A stretch of DNA of 64,000 nucleotides, from assembly GCF_050920415.1 (NCBI RefSeq), contig NZ_CP169309.1; one strand, written 5' to 3'. The DNA is from Escherichia coli (GTDB taxonomy: Bacteria > Pseudomonadota > Gammaproteobacteria > Enterobacterales > Enterobacteriaceae). Positions within the stretch are counted from its first letter, which is position 1. Each line of letters begins with the position of its first letter. The notes under the pieces were generated by a model. The model saw nothing but the letters and a program-made list of their open reading frames with translations, was not told the DNA's origin and did no database searches. The translations under genes and the position numbers were made by a program. Shown here one piece after another: positions 12,792 to 23,824 of the stretch.

Positions 12792-13540
12792 GTGCCATTG
12801 AAGTTAAGAACCTGGTGAAAAAATTCCACGGTCAGACGGTGCTGCACGGTATCGACCTTGAGGTGAAGCCTGGCGAAGTAGTGGCAATTATCGGTCCGAG
12901 TGGTTCCGGCAAAACCACGTTGCTACGCAGCATAAATCTGCTGGAACAACCGGAAGTGGGAACCATCACCGTTGGCGATATCACCATTGATACTGCACGT
13001 TCATTAAGTCAGCAAAAATCGCTGATTCGCCAGTTGCGTCAGCACGTCGGGTTTGTCTTCCAGAACTTTAATTTGTTTCCGCATCGTACGGTGCTGGAAA
13101 ACATTATTGAAGGGCCGGTGATCGTCAAAGGCGAACCGAAAGAAGAGGCCACGGCGCGTGCTCGCGAGCTGTTGGCGAAAGTTGGGCTGGCAGGTAAAGA
13201 AACCAGCTATCCACGTCGTTTGTCTGGCGGTCAACAGCAGCGTGTCGCGATTGCGCGAGCGCTGGCTATGCGTCCTGAGGTGATTTTGTTTGACGAGCCA
13301 ACGTCGGCGCTGGATCCAGAGCTGGTGGGCGAAGTCCTGAACACCATCCGTCAGCTGGCGCAGGAAAAGCGCACGATGGTGATTGTGACGCACGAAATGA
13401 GCTTTGCCCGGGATGTTGCGGACCGGGCGATCTTTATGGACCAGGGGCGGATAGTCGAGCAGGGGGCCGCAAAAGCGTTATTTGCCGATCCTCAGCAGCC
13501 TCGCACTCGCCAGTTTCTCGAGAAGTTTCTGCTGCAATAA
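12788..13540 (+). CDS. tcyN: Cystine ABC transporter ATP-binding protein TcyN (YecC)
   Basis: 250 aa ORF with Walker A GPSGSGKTT and ABC signature LSGGQQQR. Confidence 0.9.
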   Translation: MSAIEVKNLVKKFHGQTVLHGIDLEVKPGEVVAIIGPSGSGKTTLLRSINLLEQPEVGTITVGDITIDTARSLSQQKSLIRQLRQHVGFVFQNFNLFPHRTVLENIIEGPVIVKGEPKEEATARARELLAKVGLAGKETSYPRRLSGGQQQRVAIARALAMRPEVILFDEPTSALDPELVGEVLNTIRQLAQEKRTMVIVTHEMSFARDVADRAIFMDQGRIVEQGAAKALFADPQQPRTRQFLEKFLLQ

Positions 13541-13769
13541 TAAGAAAAAATCAGCCCAGACGGCGCTCTTGTCGGGGCTGAACGCCATTTCAAGTGTGAT
13601 AAAAGTGCTTAATGAATCAGCCTAACTCATTAATAACATAAGAGAATGTGATGTCTTGCAAAAGTACTTTATTACCTGAATAATATAATTTATATATAAA
13701 TCTTATTTATGTGATAGTTTGAATTATCATTATAAATGATACTCACTCTCAGGGGCGTTGCGGTTTACT

Positions 13770-14492
13770 ATGCAGGATACGGATTTTTTCAGCTGGCGTC
13801 GCACGATGCTGTTGCGTTTTCAGAGGATGGAGGCCGCAGAAGAGGTCTACCATGAAATCGAGCTTCAGGCTCAGCAGCTGGAGTACGATTACTATTCGTT
13901 ATGTGTTCGCCACCCGGTACCATTCACGCGACCTAAAGTAGCTTTCTACACCAATTACCCTGAGTCGTGGGTGAGTTATTATCAGGCAAAAAACTTTCTC
14001 GCCATTGATCCTGTGCTGAACCCTGAAAACTTTAGTCAGGGCCATTTAATGTGGAATGATGACTTATTCAGCGAAGCACAGCCGTTATGGGAAGCCGCGC
14101 GCGCACACGGTTTACGCCGTGGTGTCACCCAGTATTTAATGCTGCCAAACCGGGCGCTGGGCTTTTTGTCCTTTTCCCGTTGCAGCGCGCGCGAAATACC
14201 CATTCTTAGTGATGAACTGCAATTAAAAATGCAGTTACTGGTGCGCGAAAGTCTGATGGCTCTGATGCGTTTAAATGATGAAATAGTGATGACGCCAGAG
14301 ATGAATTTCAGCAAGCGCGAAAAAGAAATTCTGAAATGGACGGCGGAAGGGAAGACATCAGCAGAGATAGCGATGATTTTGTCAATCTCTGAGAATACGG
14401 TCAATTTCCATCAGAAAAACATGCAGAAAAAAATCAATGCACCGAATAAGACCCAGGTTGCCTGTTACGCGGCCGCTACTGGCTTAATTTGA
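13770..14492 (+). CDS. sdiA: LuxR-family quorum-sensing regulator SdiA
   Basis: Start trimmed to MQDTDFFSW (240 aa); C-terminal LuxR-type HTH. Confidence 0.9.
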   Translation: MQDTDFFSWRRTMLLRFQRMEAAEEVYHEIELQAQQLEYDYYSLCVRHPVPFTRPKVAFYTNYPESWVSYYQAKNFLAIDPVLNPENFSQGHLMWNDDLFSEAQPLWEAARAHGLRRGVTQYLMLPNRALGFLSFSRCSAREIPILSDELQLKMQLLVRESLMALMRLNDEIVMTPEMNFSKREKEILKWTAEGKTSAEIAMILSISENTVNFHQKNMQKKINAPNKTQVACYAAATGLI

Positions 14493-14520
14493 TCGCTTTT
14501 CTTTCTGCGTGCCAGATGCA

Positions 14521-14555
14521 AAAACCGGCTGAAAGGCACGCTCTCAGCCGGTTTT
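14521..14555. terminator. Bidirectional terminator between sdiA and yecF
   Basis: Hairpin AACCGGCTGA..TCAGCCGGTT flanked by A-run and T-run. Confidence 0.6.
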
Positions 14556-14558
14556 ATA

Positions 14559-14783
14559 TTACTGACGGTAGGCTTGTTTAATTTGCTTAACCGTTTTGGA
14601 AAATACAGCAGCCTGGGTTTCGTCTTCGATCAGCGCAAGCTGTTTTTCCATCTTTAACATCACGCGGCCCGCGTCAGCTTGTCCCATCGCCTGCAGCATC
14701 AGCGTCAGCATCGCTTTCAGGCAGGAGACTTCATTTGCCAGTTCTTGATTATTCTCGGCAGTAGAAAAATCAGGCGTACTCAT
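14559..14783 (-). CDS. yecF: Small protein YecF
   Basis: 74 aa ORF; synteny. Confidence 0.8.
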
Positions 14784-15241
14784 TTATTTTCCTCGTCATG
14801 TTGCAATGAAAATTTGCGGTGAAAAATGTTAAGGCGGCGGAGTATACCATAAGCTTTGCTAAAAATAGCAGTGGTTGTTTTTTGAGCGTGCCGTCAACGG
14901 TGCTATTAAATGCGTTAATATAATGACCAATAAATATTTTTATCATGAATGTTTTTTGCCCGTATTGTTCGGGTTAATTAATGTTACATATTCAGCGGGC
15001 TGATTTTCATTTTTGCTGAATAAAGGTAATTTTTGTCACATTTCGTCGCAGGGCTTACTGTGAAACGATCCGGTAAGCCGTTGGTGACGGGCGTGACCAT
15101 AACTGTGGACAATCGAATTGACAAAAACGAGAGAAAAATCGAATACCCACCATTTTTAACGTTTCAAAGTTGCAATAAAAACCGCTAATATACGAATGAC
15201 TAACTATCAGTAGCGTTATCCCTATTTCTGGAGATATTCCT

Positions 15242-15898
15242 TTGATCAACGTTCTACTTGTTGATGACCACGAACTGGTGCGCGCAGGGATACGACGCAT
15301 TCTGGAAGATATAAAGGGTATAAAAGTCGTTGGTGAGGCATCGTGCGGTGAAGACGCCGTTAAGTGGTGCCGGGCAAATGCCGTTGACGTGGTGCTAATG
15401 GACATGAGTATGCCGGGCATTGGCGGTCTTGAGGCGACGCGTAAAATCGCGCGTTCCACAGCTGATGTAAAAATCATCATGCTTACGGTCCATACAGAAA
15501 ACCCTTTACCAGCGAAAGTCATGCAGGCCGGTGCTGCTGGCTACCTCAGCAAAGGCGCGGCTCCGCAGGAAGTCGTGAGTGCGATTCGTTCTGTTTATTC
15601 TGGACAGCGTTACATTGCTTCTGACATCGCTCAACAAATGGCGTTAAGCCAGATCGAACCAGAAAAAACAGAAAGCCCATTTGCCAGTTTGTCTGAACGT
15701 GAATTGCAGATTATGCTGATGATCACCAAGGGCCAGAAGGTCAATGAGATCTCAGAACAGCTCAATCTCAGTCCGAAAACGGTGAACAGCTACCGCTATC
15801 GTATGTTCAGTAAACTAAACATTCATGGCGATGTTGAGCTGACTCACCTGGCAATTCGCCATGGTCTGTGTAATGCGGAGACATTATCAAGTCAGTGA
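15242..15898 (+). CDS. uvrY: Response regulator UvrY
   Basis: 218 aa ORF with receiver domain and LuxR-type HTH. Confidence 0.95.
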   Translation: MINVLLVDDHELVRAGIRRILEDIKGIKVVGEASCGEDAVKWCRANAVDVVLMDMSMPGIGGLEATRKIARSTADVKIIMLTVHTENPLPAKVMQAGAAGYLSKGAAPQEVVSAIRSVYSGQRYIASDIAQQMALSQIEPEKTESPFASLSERELQIMLMITKGQKVNEISEQLNLSPKTVNSYRYRMFSKLNIHGDVELTHLAIRHGLCNAETLSSQ

Positions 15899-17727
15899 GT
15901 GATCAGTTTGACGCAAAAGCGTTTTTAAAAACCGTAACCAGCCAGCCAGGCGTTTATCGCATGTACGATGCTGGTGGTACGGTTATCTATGTCGGCAAAG
16001 CGAAAGACCTGAAAAAACGGCTTTCCAGCTATTTCCGTAGCAACCTCGCTTCGCGCAAAACCGAAGCGCTGGTCGCCCAGATCCAGCAAATTGATGTAAC
16101 GGTTACTCATACAGAAACCGAAGCGCTGTTGCTGGAACACAACTACATCAAACTCTATCAGCCGCGTTATAACGTTTTGCTACGCGATGATAAATCTTAT
16201 CCTTTTATCTTCCTGAGTGGCGATACCCACCCGCGTCTGGCGATGCATCGTGGTGCGAAGCATGCCAAAGGTGAATATTTCGGCCCGTTCCCGAATGGCT
16301 ATGCCGTACGTGAAACACTGGCGTTACTGCAAAAGATATTCCCCATTCGCCAGTGCGAAAATAGTGTTTATCGCAATCGCTCGCGTCCGTGTCTGCAATA
16401 TCAGATAGGGCGCTGTCTGGGACCGTGCGTTGAAGGACTGGTGAGTGAAGAAGAATACGCTCAGCAGGTCGAGTATGTGCGCCTGTTTTTGTCTGGCAAA
16501 GATGATCAGGTGCTTACGCAACTCATTAGCCGTATGGAAACTGCCAGCCAGAATCTGGAGTTTGAAGAAGCGGCACGTATTCGCGACCAAATTCAGGCGG
16601 TGCGACGCGTCACCGAAAAACAGTTTGTGTCCAATACCGGCGACGACCTTGACGTTATTGGTGTGGCGTTCGATGCGGGCATGGCTTGTGTCCACGTATT
16701 GTTCATTCGTCAGGGTAAAGTGCTCGGCAGCCGCAGCTATTTCCCGAAAGTGCCGGGCGGTACGGAACTGAGCGAGGTGGTGGAAACCTTCGTAGGTCAG
16801 TTCTATTTACAAGGCAGCCAGATGCGCACCTTACCGGGTGAGATCCTGCTCGATTTTAATCTTAGCGATAAAACGCTGCTCGCCGATTCCCTTTCAGAAC
16901 TGGCGGGACGCAAGATTAATGTTCAAACCAAACCTCGCGGCGATCGGGCGCGTTATCTGAAACTCGCGCGCACCAATGCGGCGACGGCCTTAACCAGCAA
17001 ACTTTCGCAGCAATCTACCGTTCACCAGCGACTGACCGCGCTTGCCAGCGTGTTGAAATTGCCGGAAGTGAAGCGGATGGAGTGCTTTGACATCAGCCAT
17101 ACCATGGGTGAACAAACCGTCGCCTCCTGTGTGGTATTTGATGCTAACGGCCCGCTGCGTGCGGAGTATCGGCGCTATAACATTACTGGCATTACGCCGG
17201 GCGATGATTATGCGGCGATGAATCAGGTGCTGCGTCGGCGTTATGGTAAAGCCATCGACGACAGTAAGATCCCGGATGTGATCCTTATCGACGGCGGCAA
17301 AGGCCAGCTTGCACAGGCGAAAAATGTCTTCGCCGAACTGGATGTCTCATGGGATAAAAATCATCCGCTGCTACTTGGCGTTGCCAAAGGAGCAGATAGG
17401 AAGGCTGGGTTGGAAACGCTGTTCTTTGAGCCGGAAGGTGAGGGATTCAGTTTGCCGCCAGATTCTCCCGCGCTGCATGTTATCCAACATATTCGCGACG
17501 AATCACACGATCACGCGATTGGCGGGCACCGCAAAAAACGGGCGAAGGTCAAAAATACCAGTTCCCTGGAAGCCATTGAAGGCGTCGGGCCAAAACGTCG
17601 GCAAATGTTGTTGAAATATATGGGCGGTTTGCAAGGTTTACGTAACGCCAGCGTCGAGGAAATTGCAAAAGTGCCGGGTATTTCGCAAGGTCTGGCAGAA
17701 AAGATCTTCTGGTCGTTGAAACATTGA
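15895..17727 (+). CDS. uvrC: Excinuclease ABC subunit C
   Basis: 610 aa ORF with GIY-YIG N-terminus ([13 protein letters not shown]). Confidence 0.95.
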   Translation: MSDQFDAKAFLKTVTSQPGVYRMYDAGGTVIYVGKAKDLKKRLSSYFRSNLASRKTEALVAQIQQIDVTVTHTETEALLLEHNYIKLYQPRYNVLLRDDKSYPFIFLSGDTHPRLAMHRGAKHAKGEYFGPFPNGYAVRETLALLQKIFPIRQCENSVYRNRSRPCLQYQIGRCLGPCVEGLVSEEEYAQQVEYVRLFLSGKDDQVLTQLISRMETASQNLEFEEAARIRDQIQAVRRVTEKQFVSNTGDDLDVIGVAFDAGMACVHVLFIRQGKVLGSRSYFPKVPGGTELSEVVETFVGQFYLQGSQMRTLPGEILLDFNLSDKTLLADSLSELAGRKINVQTKPRGDRARYLKLARTNAATALTSKLSQQSTVHQRLTALASVLKLPEVKRMECFDISHTMGEQTVASCVVFDANGPLRAEYRRYNITGITPGDDYAAMNQVLRRRYGKAIDDSKIPDVILIDGGKGQLAQAKNVFAELDVSWDKNHPLLLGVAKGADRKAGLETLFFEPEGEGFSLPPDSPALHVIQHIRDESHDHAIGGHRKKRAKVKNTSSLEAIEGVGPKRRQMLLKYMGGLQGLRNASVEEIAKVPGISQGLAEKIFWSLKH

Positions 17728-17783
17728 TGTCTCTGTAGCAACATAGGGGTAATCTTACTGACAACAGATAGTTACCCGTCATT

Positions 17784-18332
17784 ATGCAATTTAATATCCC
17801 TACGTTGCTTACACTGTTCCGTGTCATCCTTATCCCATTCTTTGTATTGGTCTTTTATCTGCCTGTCACCTGGTCGCCGTTTGCCGCCGCGCTCATTTTC
17901 TGCGTCGCGGCGGTGACTGACTGGTTCGATGGTTTTCTGGCACGCCGCTGGAACCAGAGTACCCGGTTTGGTGCTTTCCTTGACCCTGTAGCAGATAAAG
18001 TTCTCGTGGCTATCGCCATGGTGCTGGTAACCGAGCATTATCACAGCTGGTGGGTGACATTACCGGCGGCAACGATGATCGCCCGTGAAATTATTATTTC
18101 TGCGCTACGCGAATGGATGGCAGAGTTGGGTAAACGCAGTAGCGTGGCTGTCTCCTGGATTGGGAAAGTGAAAACCACTGCCCAGATGGTAGCGCTGGCC
18201 TGGCTGCTGTGGCGTCCGAACATTTGGGTTGAGTACGCCGGTATTGCACTTTTCTTTGTGGCTGCGGTACTGACTCTGTGGTCAATGTTGCAATATTTGA
18301 GCGCTGCGCGTGCAGATTTGCTTGATCAGTGA
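17784..18332 (+). CDS. pgsA: CDP-diacylglycerol--glycerol-3-phosphate 3-phosphatidyltransferase
   Basis: 182 aa membrane ORF with CDP-alcohol phosphatidyltransferase motif. Confidence 0.95.
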
Positions 18333-18483
18333 TCGTTTCGGCGCAATTTTCAGCAAACGATCAAAAGTGGTGAAAAATATCGTTGACTCATCGCGCCAGG
18401 TAAGTAGAATGCAACGCATCGAACGGCGGCACTGATTGCCAGACGATAATAAAATCAAGTGATTAACTGATTGCTTGATGAAT

Positions 18484-18559
<76 letters not shown>

Positions 18560-18612
18560 GTTTAAAAGACATCGGCTTCAGCGGATGTCCGGCTGAAAGG
18601 CCTGAAGAATTT

Positions 18613-18686
18613 GGCGCGTTAACAAAGCGGTTATGTAGCGGATTGCAAATCCGTCTAGTCCGGTTCGACTCCGGAACGCGCCTCCA
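18613..18686 (+). tRNA. cysT: tRNA-Cys (GCA)
   Basis: 74 nt GGCGCGTTAACAAAG...CGCCTCCA, anticodon GCA. Confidence 0.95.
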
Positions 18687-18698
18687 CTTTCTTCCCGA

Positions 18699-18785
18699 GC
18701 CCGGATGGTGGAATCGGTAGACACAAGGGATTTAAAATCCCTCGGCGTTCGCGCTGTGCGGGTTCAAGTCCCGCTCCGGGTACCA
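18699..18785 (+). tRNA. leuZ: tRNA-Leu (TAA)
   Basis: 87 nt GCCCGGATGGTGGAATCGG...GGGTACCA, anticodon TAA; 3' two thirds lie in the prophage att repeat. Confidence 0.95.
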
Positions 18786-18855
18786 TGGGAAAGATAAGAA
18801 TAAAATCAAAGCAATAAGCAGTGTCGTGAAACCACCTTCGGGTGGTTTTTTTGTA
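18731..18855. repeat. attL: 125-bp direct repeat (3' 55 nt of tRNA-Leu plus the tRNA-operon terminator)
   Basis: Identical to 53671..53795. Confidence 0.9.
18829..18853 (+). terminator. glyW-cysT-leuZ operon terminator
   Basis: Hairpin ACCACC-TTCG-GGTGGT followed by TTTTTTT; duplicated at 53769..53793 inside attR. Confidence 0.7.
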
Positions 18856-18868
18856 TTTGTATTTTGTT

Positions 18869-18900
18869 AAATGGCGGTAAAGTGGCGATGGTGTGGCGAT
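18869..18900 (+). repeat. Candidate arm-type integrase-binding repeats (attL arm)
   Basis: Three tandem AAAGTGGCGAT-like copies; the same motif recurs next to int at 53564..53608. Confidence 0.4.
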
Positions 18901-18990
18901 ATGCAGAAATAATGATAGTACACGTCTGTTTAAACTCTAAGGGTGAAGCAAAACTCTCCTGCAACTCATCTGCATTTCGCATATTGAACT

Positions 18991-19092
18991 AGGGCCTTGG
19001 TTAAACCAAAGTTTTTTCTGGGATCTTCCCACTCAACTTCATTTTTCCTCCTACCATCCACCAAAAGGTGTCTGCGCTACTCTATCTTTTTT
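18991..19092 (+). repeat. Diverged ~105-bp direct repeat, copy A
   Basis: About 70% identical to 19994..20105 in the same orientation (TAGGGCCTYGGTTAAAC...CCACC...AAAGG...TCTATC...TTTTTT). Confidence 0.6.
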
Positions 19093-19325
19093 AATCTGAC
19101 AACATCCTGAGAAAAAGACAAATTCGTTAGATTTACTGTCTTTCTGCTGCCTCGAATGCTGATGTCTGCAGCACTGATAATAACTCTATCTCTTTGATAT
19201 AGATCTTTTTTTTGATGAATTGCACGGCATATTATCGTGATGGCACCTTCTTGTTAAAGGTGTTGTACTCCTCATCTCGATTTTATGATGTGGGCTATGA
19301 TTGGTTAGTAATAGAGTGTATCGGT

Positions 19326-19607
19326 ATGCGATGTGGTTTATTAATGGCAATCTGCCTTTGTTTGGTATCTTTTAGTGGGTATGCAGCAACAGGAAAGTCA
19401 GATGCTCAGATCAAGAAAGAAATAATTAAAGAGTCCATTGAATCTTATCCAGGCAATTGTGCGTGTCCGTATAATCATGCAAGGAATGGTAGTAGATGTG
19501 GTGGACGCAGTGCATATAGCCGTACTGGAGGGTATGACGTGGTATGTTATGAAAGTGATGTTACCGATGAAATGATCCGGCAATGGAAGCAGGAGAATGC
19601 TGAGTAA
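19326..19607 (+). CDS. Small Cys-rich secreted protein (prophage moron, function unknown)
   Basis: Signal-peptide-like N-terminus MRCGLLMAICLCLVSFSGYAA, then a Cys-rich mature region; low-GC islet; start uncertain (ORF track begins 19212). Confidence 0.5.
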   Translation: MRCGLLMAICLCLVSFSGYAATGKSDAQIKKEIIKESIESYPGNCACPYNHARNGSRCGGRSAYSRTGGYDVVCYESDVTDEMIRQWKQENAE

Positions 19608-19680
19608 TCTCTTTTAACTGATTTGTTGTGCGAGCATAATGTGCAGTTAACGGCTCACTAGCTAGTGAGAGTTCCAAAAA

Positions 19681-19717
19681 GAAACCCCGCAGTTTTTACG
19701 CTGCGGGGTTGTTATTC
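19681..19717 (+). terminator. Hairpin terminator after the moron gene
   Basis: AACCCCGCAG-TTTTTACG-CTGCGGGGTT followed by a T-rich stretch. Confidence 0.45.
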
Positions 19718-19993
19718 ATGCCTATGAGATAGGGTGCCTTATCGGCCTTACCCTGGCAACCGATTGACGGGGAGTTGCCTCCCCGTCGCGGTTTCCTTAC
19801 TGCTTACACTGTAAGAACGCCGCAAACTCCGCTCCCCAGAAGCTCATCCGTATTTCACACAGCGAACCGTGCAGCATCCAGATGATGAGGATTACCGTCA
19901 CGCAGAACGTGATGGCCGTAAGCGATTTTTGCGACATAGCGCTTGCTCCTTTGTTGGAGAGGCGCTAACCTATCACTTGCTAGGTTGACGGGT

Positions 19994-20105
19994 TAGGGCC
20001 TCGGTTAAACAGAAATGTTTTCCGGGGCCTTTCCACATCCGGCCTTCGGGTATTCCCTCCGACCATCAGCCGAAAGGCACCCGCACGTAATCTATCGCTT
20101 TTTTG
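19994..20105 (+). repeat. Diverged ~105-bp direct repeat, copy B
   Basis: Homologous to 18991..19092; lies immediately 3' of ogr. Confidence 0.6.
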
Positions 20106-20126
20106 TTACTCCGGCAATTCTGCCTG

Positions 20127-20387
20127 TTAATTCTGAGGTAAAGGCAAACTCATCTGATTGTTTCCCCTGTGTGAAGCTGGCAGCTCATGCCACGGGATAC
20201 CTTCTGAAGAGTGAACGCCGGAGGCGTGTTTTGATGTGAATTTATGGAAAGCTTCCAGTGTTGAGAAGCATACGCCGCATTCCAGATTGTTACACTGGTA
20301 ATACTTTTGCCGCACGGTGTTTGAATCATTTTCCGGACGACTGGTGCGGATACGGGCAGATGCGCCACAAAGCGGACAACGGAACAT
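20127..20387 (-). CDS. ogr: Ogr/Delta-type zinc-finger late-gene transcriptional activator
   Basis: MFRCPLCG...YYQCNNLECGVCF four-Cys arrangement typical of P2 Ogr; start may be downstream of the ORF-track start. Confidence 0.8.
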   Translation of the reverse strand: MFRCPLCGASARIRTSRPENDSNTVRQKYYQCNNLECGVCFSTLEAFHKFTSKHASGVHSSEGIPWHELPASHRGNNQMSLPLPQN

Positions 20388-20429
20388 AGCGACCTCCCTT
20401 AACGTGGTGCTGCCGCTATTCTAAGTTGC

Positions 20430-21539
20430 TCACTCTGTTTCCGCTATCCATTCCGGGATTTTTGCTTCAAGCTCAAGCTGCGTGGTAAAGCCGCTGTTAT
20501 CAATGGTGTGCTCGGCTTTTGCAATAATCCAGTCCTGATTGTCGATGTCACTTTTGAAGCCTGTCACCGTGCCATGCATTTCGGGATAGAGTTCTGCACG
20601 TCCACGCGCCAGCGTGATGGAGAATGATGCGGCTCCGCGTTGTAGTTGCTGCCACTTTGCCGCCGCTGCGCGTCTTGCTGCCTGCTCGTTCTGATAAGTC
20701 TTGCGTAACACAAACACATTGCCTTCCGCGCCTTCCATATAATCACCTTCACGGCTGCTGCTTTTCTCCTTTTTGGGTTTTGGCGGTTTACGGCGTTTTA
20801 CGCTGACTTTTTTCTTTTTCCCGTAATTAAGATCAAGCCAGTAGGCGCGTACCCCCGTATACGCCTCGCGGTCAGCAATACGGAACTGATGGCGATCGCC
20901 GCTGCTGCGTGTAATGGCGAACGAGGGCAACGGCTGGCCCTGTGCGTTCACGCCACCACCTGGCATGATGAATAACAGATTGCCGCTTTTTACCGTGGTG
21001 ATTGCGCCCAGCATTTCCGCCATGCGCGTAAGGAAGGACATGTCGCTTTCTTCGGTCTGGTCGGCGTGGTCGATTTCAATATCCATCAGCATTTCGCTGA
21101 TTTGCGGTTTCAGGCCGTATCGGTGAGCAATTGCAGACACCACGCGTTCAACGGTCACATCATGCCAGGATACTTCGCGCTTGACGTTAAATTCATCCCG
21201 AAAATCTGCGCTTCTGGCTGAAATGGTCAGTCTGTCGGGCGGTCCTTCATGAGCAATTTCATCAACAATGTAAGTGCCTTTTTCTGTCAGCGGTTCTCCT
21301 TTCCAGCCAATGAGAACCGTCAGGCGCGCGCCCCGTGGCGGTAGCTGCAACTGACCATCTGCATCATCCAGCGTGATGGTGAGCTGGTCCGCCTCAAATC
21401 CCCGGTTGTCGGTCAGTGACAGGCTCATCAGGCGCTCTGCCACGCCTGACAGCGTTTTACCCTCCGCGAGAATATCAAAATCCGGCATTTTCACGGGGTC
21501 TGTGCCCTGACTGAGCAATTGCATGGTGGTGTCGGTCAT
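20430..21539 (-). CDS. Tail protein gpD (late control gene D family)
   Basis: About 369 aa from MTDTTMQLLS; recalled gpD family features; ORF-track N-terminal extension to 21671 judged spurious. Confidence 0.8.
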   Translation of the reverse strand: MTDTTMQLLSQGTDPVKMPDFDILAEGKTLSGVAERLMSLSLTDNRGFEADQLTITLDDADGQLQLPPRGARLTVLIGWKGEPLTEKGTYIVDEIAHEGPPDRLTISARSADFRDEFNVKREVSWHDVTVERVVSAIAHRYGLKPQISEMLMDIEIDHADQTEESDMSFLTRMAEMLGAITTVKSGNLLFIMPGGGVNAQGQPLPSFAITRSSGDRHQFRIADREAYTGVRAYWLDLNYGKKKKVSVKRRKPPKPKKEKSSSREGDYMEGAEGNVFVLRKTYQNEQAARRAAAAKWQQLQRGAASFSITLARGRAELYPEMHGTVTGFKSDIDNQDWIIAKAEHTIDNSGFTTQLELEAKIPEWIAETE

Positions 21540-21696
21540 CTGTTCCCTCCCTGTGCGGCATGGTCGCATGTGCGTGCGGAGGGGGTTACTGCTTTTTGTT
21601 GTCGCCGTGGCGGGAGAACGGCGCAGGGGTGAGATTACGCGCGTGGTGGGTGATGATTGTTGCCGAATCATTTAACGGATACAAGGGGCTGAAGCT

Positions 21697-22881
21697 ATGA
21701 GTGAAACTCGTTTTCATGGTGCCCGTGTTACGGAAAATACCGACCTGGTAACAGCGATTAACGATGTTGATTCCAGCGTTATCGGTATCGTGGCAACGGC
21801 GGATGATGCGGACGCGGAGCTGTTCCCGCTGAACAAGCCCACATTGCTGACCCGCGTCAATGACGTGCTGGGAAAATGCGGAACAACGGGGACGCTTTAT
21901 CGTGCGCTTAAGGCCATCGCAGACCAGGTGAGCACAAAGGTGATCGTCGTTCGCGTGGCTGAACACAAAGAAGAAGACGGAAAAACGCAGGATCAACTGG
22001 TTATCGGTGGTTCTGAATCTGACGGCAGCTATACGGGGATGTATGCGCTGCTTGTTGCAGAGCAGGATGAAAGCATCGGATACCGTCCGCGTATTCTGGC
22101 CGCGCCGGAGCTGGACACGGAGGCGGTGACAAAATCCTTGTGCGTGATTGCGGGTAAACTGCGCGCGTTTGTGTATGCCACATGTCATGGTTGTAACACG
22201 ATGGCTGAGGCGATTACCTACCGCCAGAAATTCAACGAACGTGAGGTGATGCTCTTATGGCCTGACTTCATCGCCTACAACCCGAAAAGTGGCAAAAACG
22301 AAACGTTCCCCGCGCCTGCTTATGCGTGCGGCCTTCGTGCGTACATTGACCATGAGCAGGGCTGGCACAAATCGCTGTCCAACGTTCCGGTTAAAAATGT
22401 GCTGGGAATGTCCAGGCATGTGTTCTGGTCGTTGCAGGCCGAAGACAGTGATGCCAACAGCCTCAACAACAAAGAAATCACGACCATTATTCGTCGCAAC
22501 GGGTTCCGCTTCTGGGGCAACCGCACACCGGAAACGAACGCCTACATCTTTGAGGTGTATACCCGAACCGCACAGGTACTGGCTGATTCAATTGCGGAAG
22601 CGCAGTTTGAAACCATCGACAGTCCACTGACGCCTGCGAACGTGAAGGATGTTATCAGTGCCATCAGGGCAAAACTGGATTCACTGGTTACTGCCGGGAA
22701 ACTGATTGGCGCGTCGTGCTGGTATGACGTGGTGGATAACAGCACCACGGATTTACGTCAGGGGCGTGTGCGTATTCGCTACAAATATACGCCTGTTCCT
22801 CCGCTGGAAGATATGGAGCTTTACCAGACGTTTACTGATGAATACTTTGATCCCGCATTTGCGGTGTTGGGAGGTGTCTGA
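21697..22881 (+). CDS. Contractile tail sheath protein (P2 FI-like)
   Basis: 394 aa with recalled FI motifs (DADAELFPLNKP, KLRAF, QGWHKSLSNV, RRNGFRFWGNRT, YTRTAQV, YKYTPVPPLE). Confidence 0.9.
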   Translation: MSETRFHGARVTENTDLVTAINDVDSSVIGIVATADDADAELFPLNKPTLLTRVNDVLGKCGTTGTLYRALKAIADQVSTKVIVVRVAEHKEEDGKTQDQLVIGGSESDGSYTGMYALLVAEQDESIGYRPRILAAPELDTEAVTKSLCVIAGKLRAFVYATCHGCNTMAEAITYRQKFNEREVMLLWPDFIAYNPKSGKNETFPAPAYACGLRAYIDHEQGWHKSLSNVPVKNVLGMSRHVFWSLQAEDSDANSLNNKEITTIIRRNGFRFWGNRTPETNAYIFEVYTRTAQVLADSIAEAQFETIDSPLTPANVKDVISAIRAKLDSLVTAGKLIGASCWYDVVDNSTTDLRQGRVRIRYKYTPVPPLEDMELYQTFTDEYFDPAFAVLGGV

Positions 22882-23393
22882 TGGCTGTACCAAAACATCT
22901 TCGCTTTTTTACGCTGTTTGTGAATGGTGAAAACGAAGTGGGTAAGGTGACGTCCGTCACTCCACCTAAACTGACGCGCAAAACTGAAAGCTATCGTGGC
23001 GGTGGCATGATGGGGGCGGTGAGTATCGACCTCGGTCTTGATGATTCTGCGCTTGATGCGAGTTTTGTCATGGGGGGCGCAGTTCGTGAGCTGTTCCTTA
23101 AATATGGCGGCACGATTGACAGCACGTTGCTGCGTTTTGCGGGTGAATACTACACCGATGCAGAAAGTGATCTGTATGAAATCGAGATGCGCGGGCGTGT
23201 GACGGAAATTGATATGGGGGAAGCCAAACAGGGCGAAGCCACATCACACACTTACGCTGTCAAAAACACCTACTACAAGCTGAGCGTTAACGATCGTCCG
23301 CTGTGGGAAATCGACCTGCTGAACCACATCTACCGGAAGGACGGCAAGGACATCGTGCCTGATCGCATCCGTTCCGCGCTTGGGCTTGGCTGA
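22881..23393 (+). CDS. Tail tube protein (P2 FII-like)
   Basis: 170 aa ORF immediately after the sheath gene with overlapping stop/start. Confidence 0.85.
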   Translation: MAVPKHLRFFTLFVNGENEVGKVTSVTPPKLTRKTESYRGGGMMGAVSIDLGLDDSALDASFVMGGAVRELFLKYGGTIDSTLLRFAGEYYTDAESDLYEIEMRGRVTEIDMGEAKQGEATSHTYAVKNTYYKLSVNDRPLWEIDLLNHIYRKDGKDIVPDRIRSALGLG

Positions 23394-23449
23394 TAAGTAA
23401 TATGCAGGCGGCGCAGTGCGTCGCCTCTGACTGAAAAAGGAGACAACTG

Positions 23450-23824
23450 ATGCAAAACATCAATACTGAAACCCGGAATAACGCCGTGGCGGATGATGTG
23501 ACGGCAGGTGAGGATATGGCTGTCGAACGTGGCGTAAAACTGGCCCGACCAATTGAGCGCGGTGGCGAAAAAATCACGTATGTGGAAATTACCGGGGCTA
23601 TTGAGCAGGCTGGATCTCTGCGTGGTCTGTCGCTGTCTGATGTGCTGAATCTGAAAGCGGATACCATGTTCACGCTGTTGCCTCGCGTGACCTCGCCACG
23701 ACTGGATGAAGTGATGATTAAAAAAATGTCGTCACGCGATTTTATTCAGTTGTGCGCTGTGGCTGTAAATTTTATGAGCGAGCCAGACTCTGGCGCGAAG
23801 AGCGTGCAGGAGACGGCAGCGTAA
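23450..23824 (+). CDS. Tail assembly chaperone gpE-like
   Basis: Position between tube and tape measure; carries a slippery heptamer near its 3' end. Confidence 0.6.
   Translation: MQNINTETRNNAVADDVTAGEDMAVERGVKLARPIERGGEKITYVEITGAIEQAGSLRGLSLSDVLNLKADTMFTLLPRVTSPRLDEVMIKKMSSRDFIQLCAVAVNFMSEPDSGAKSVQETAA

Noticed and set aside
20015-20239. 74-aa plus-strand ORF overlapping repeat copy B and the ogr 3' end
   Set aside because: Overlaps a repeat element and the convergent ogr gene; no start context or family signal
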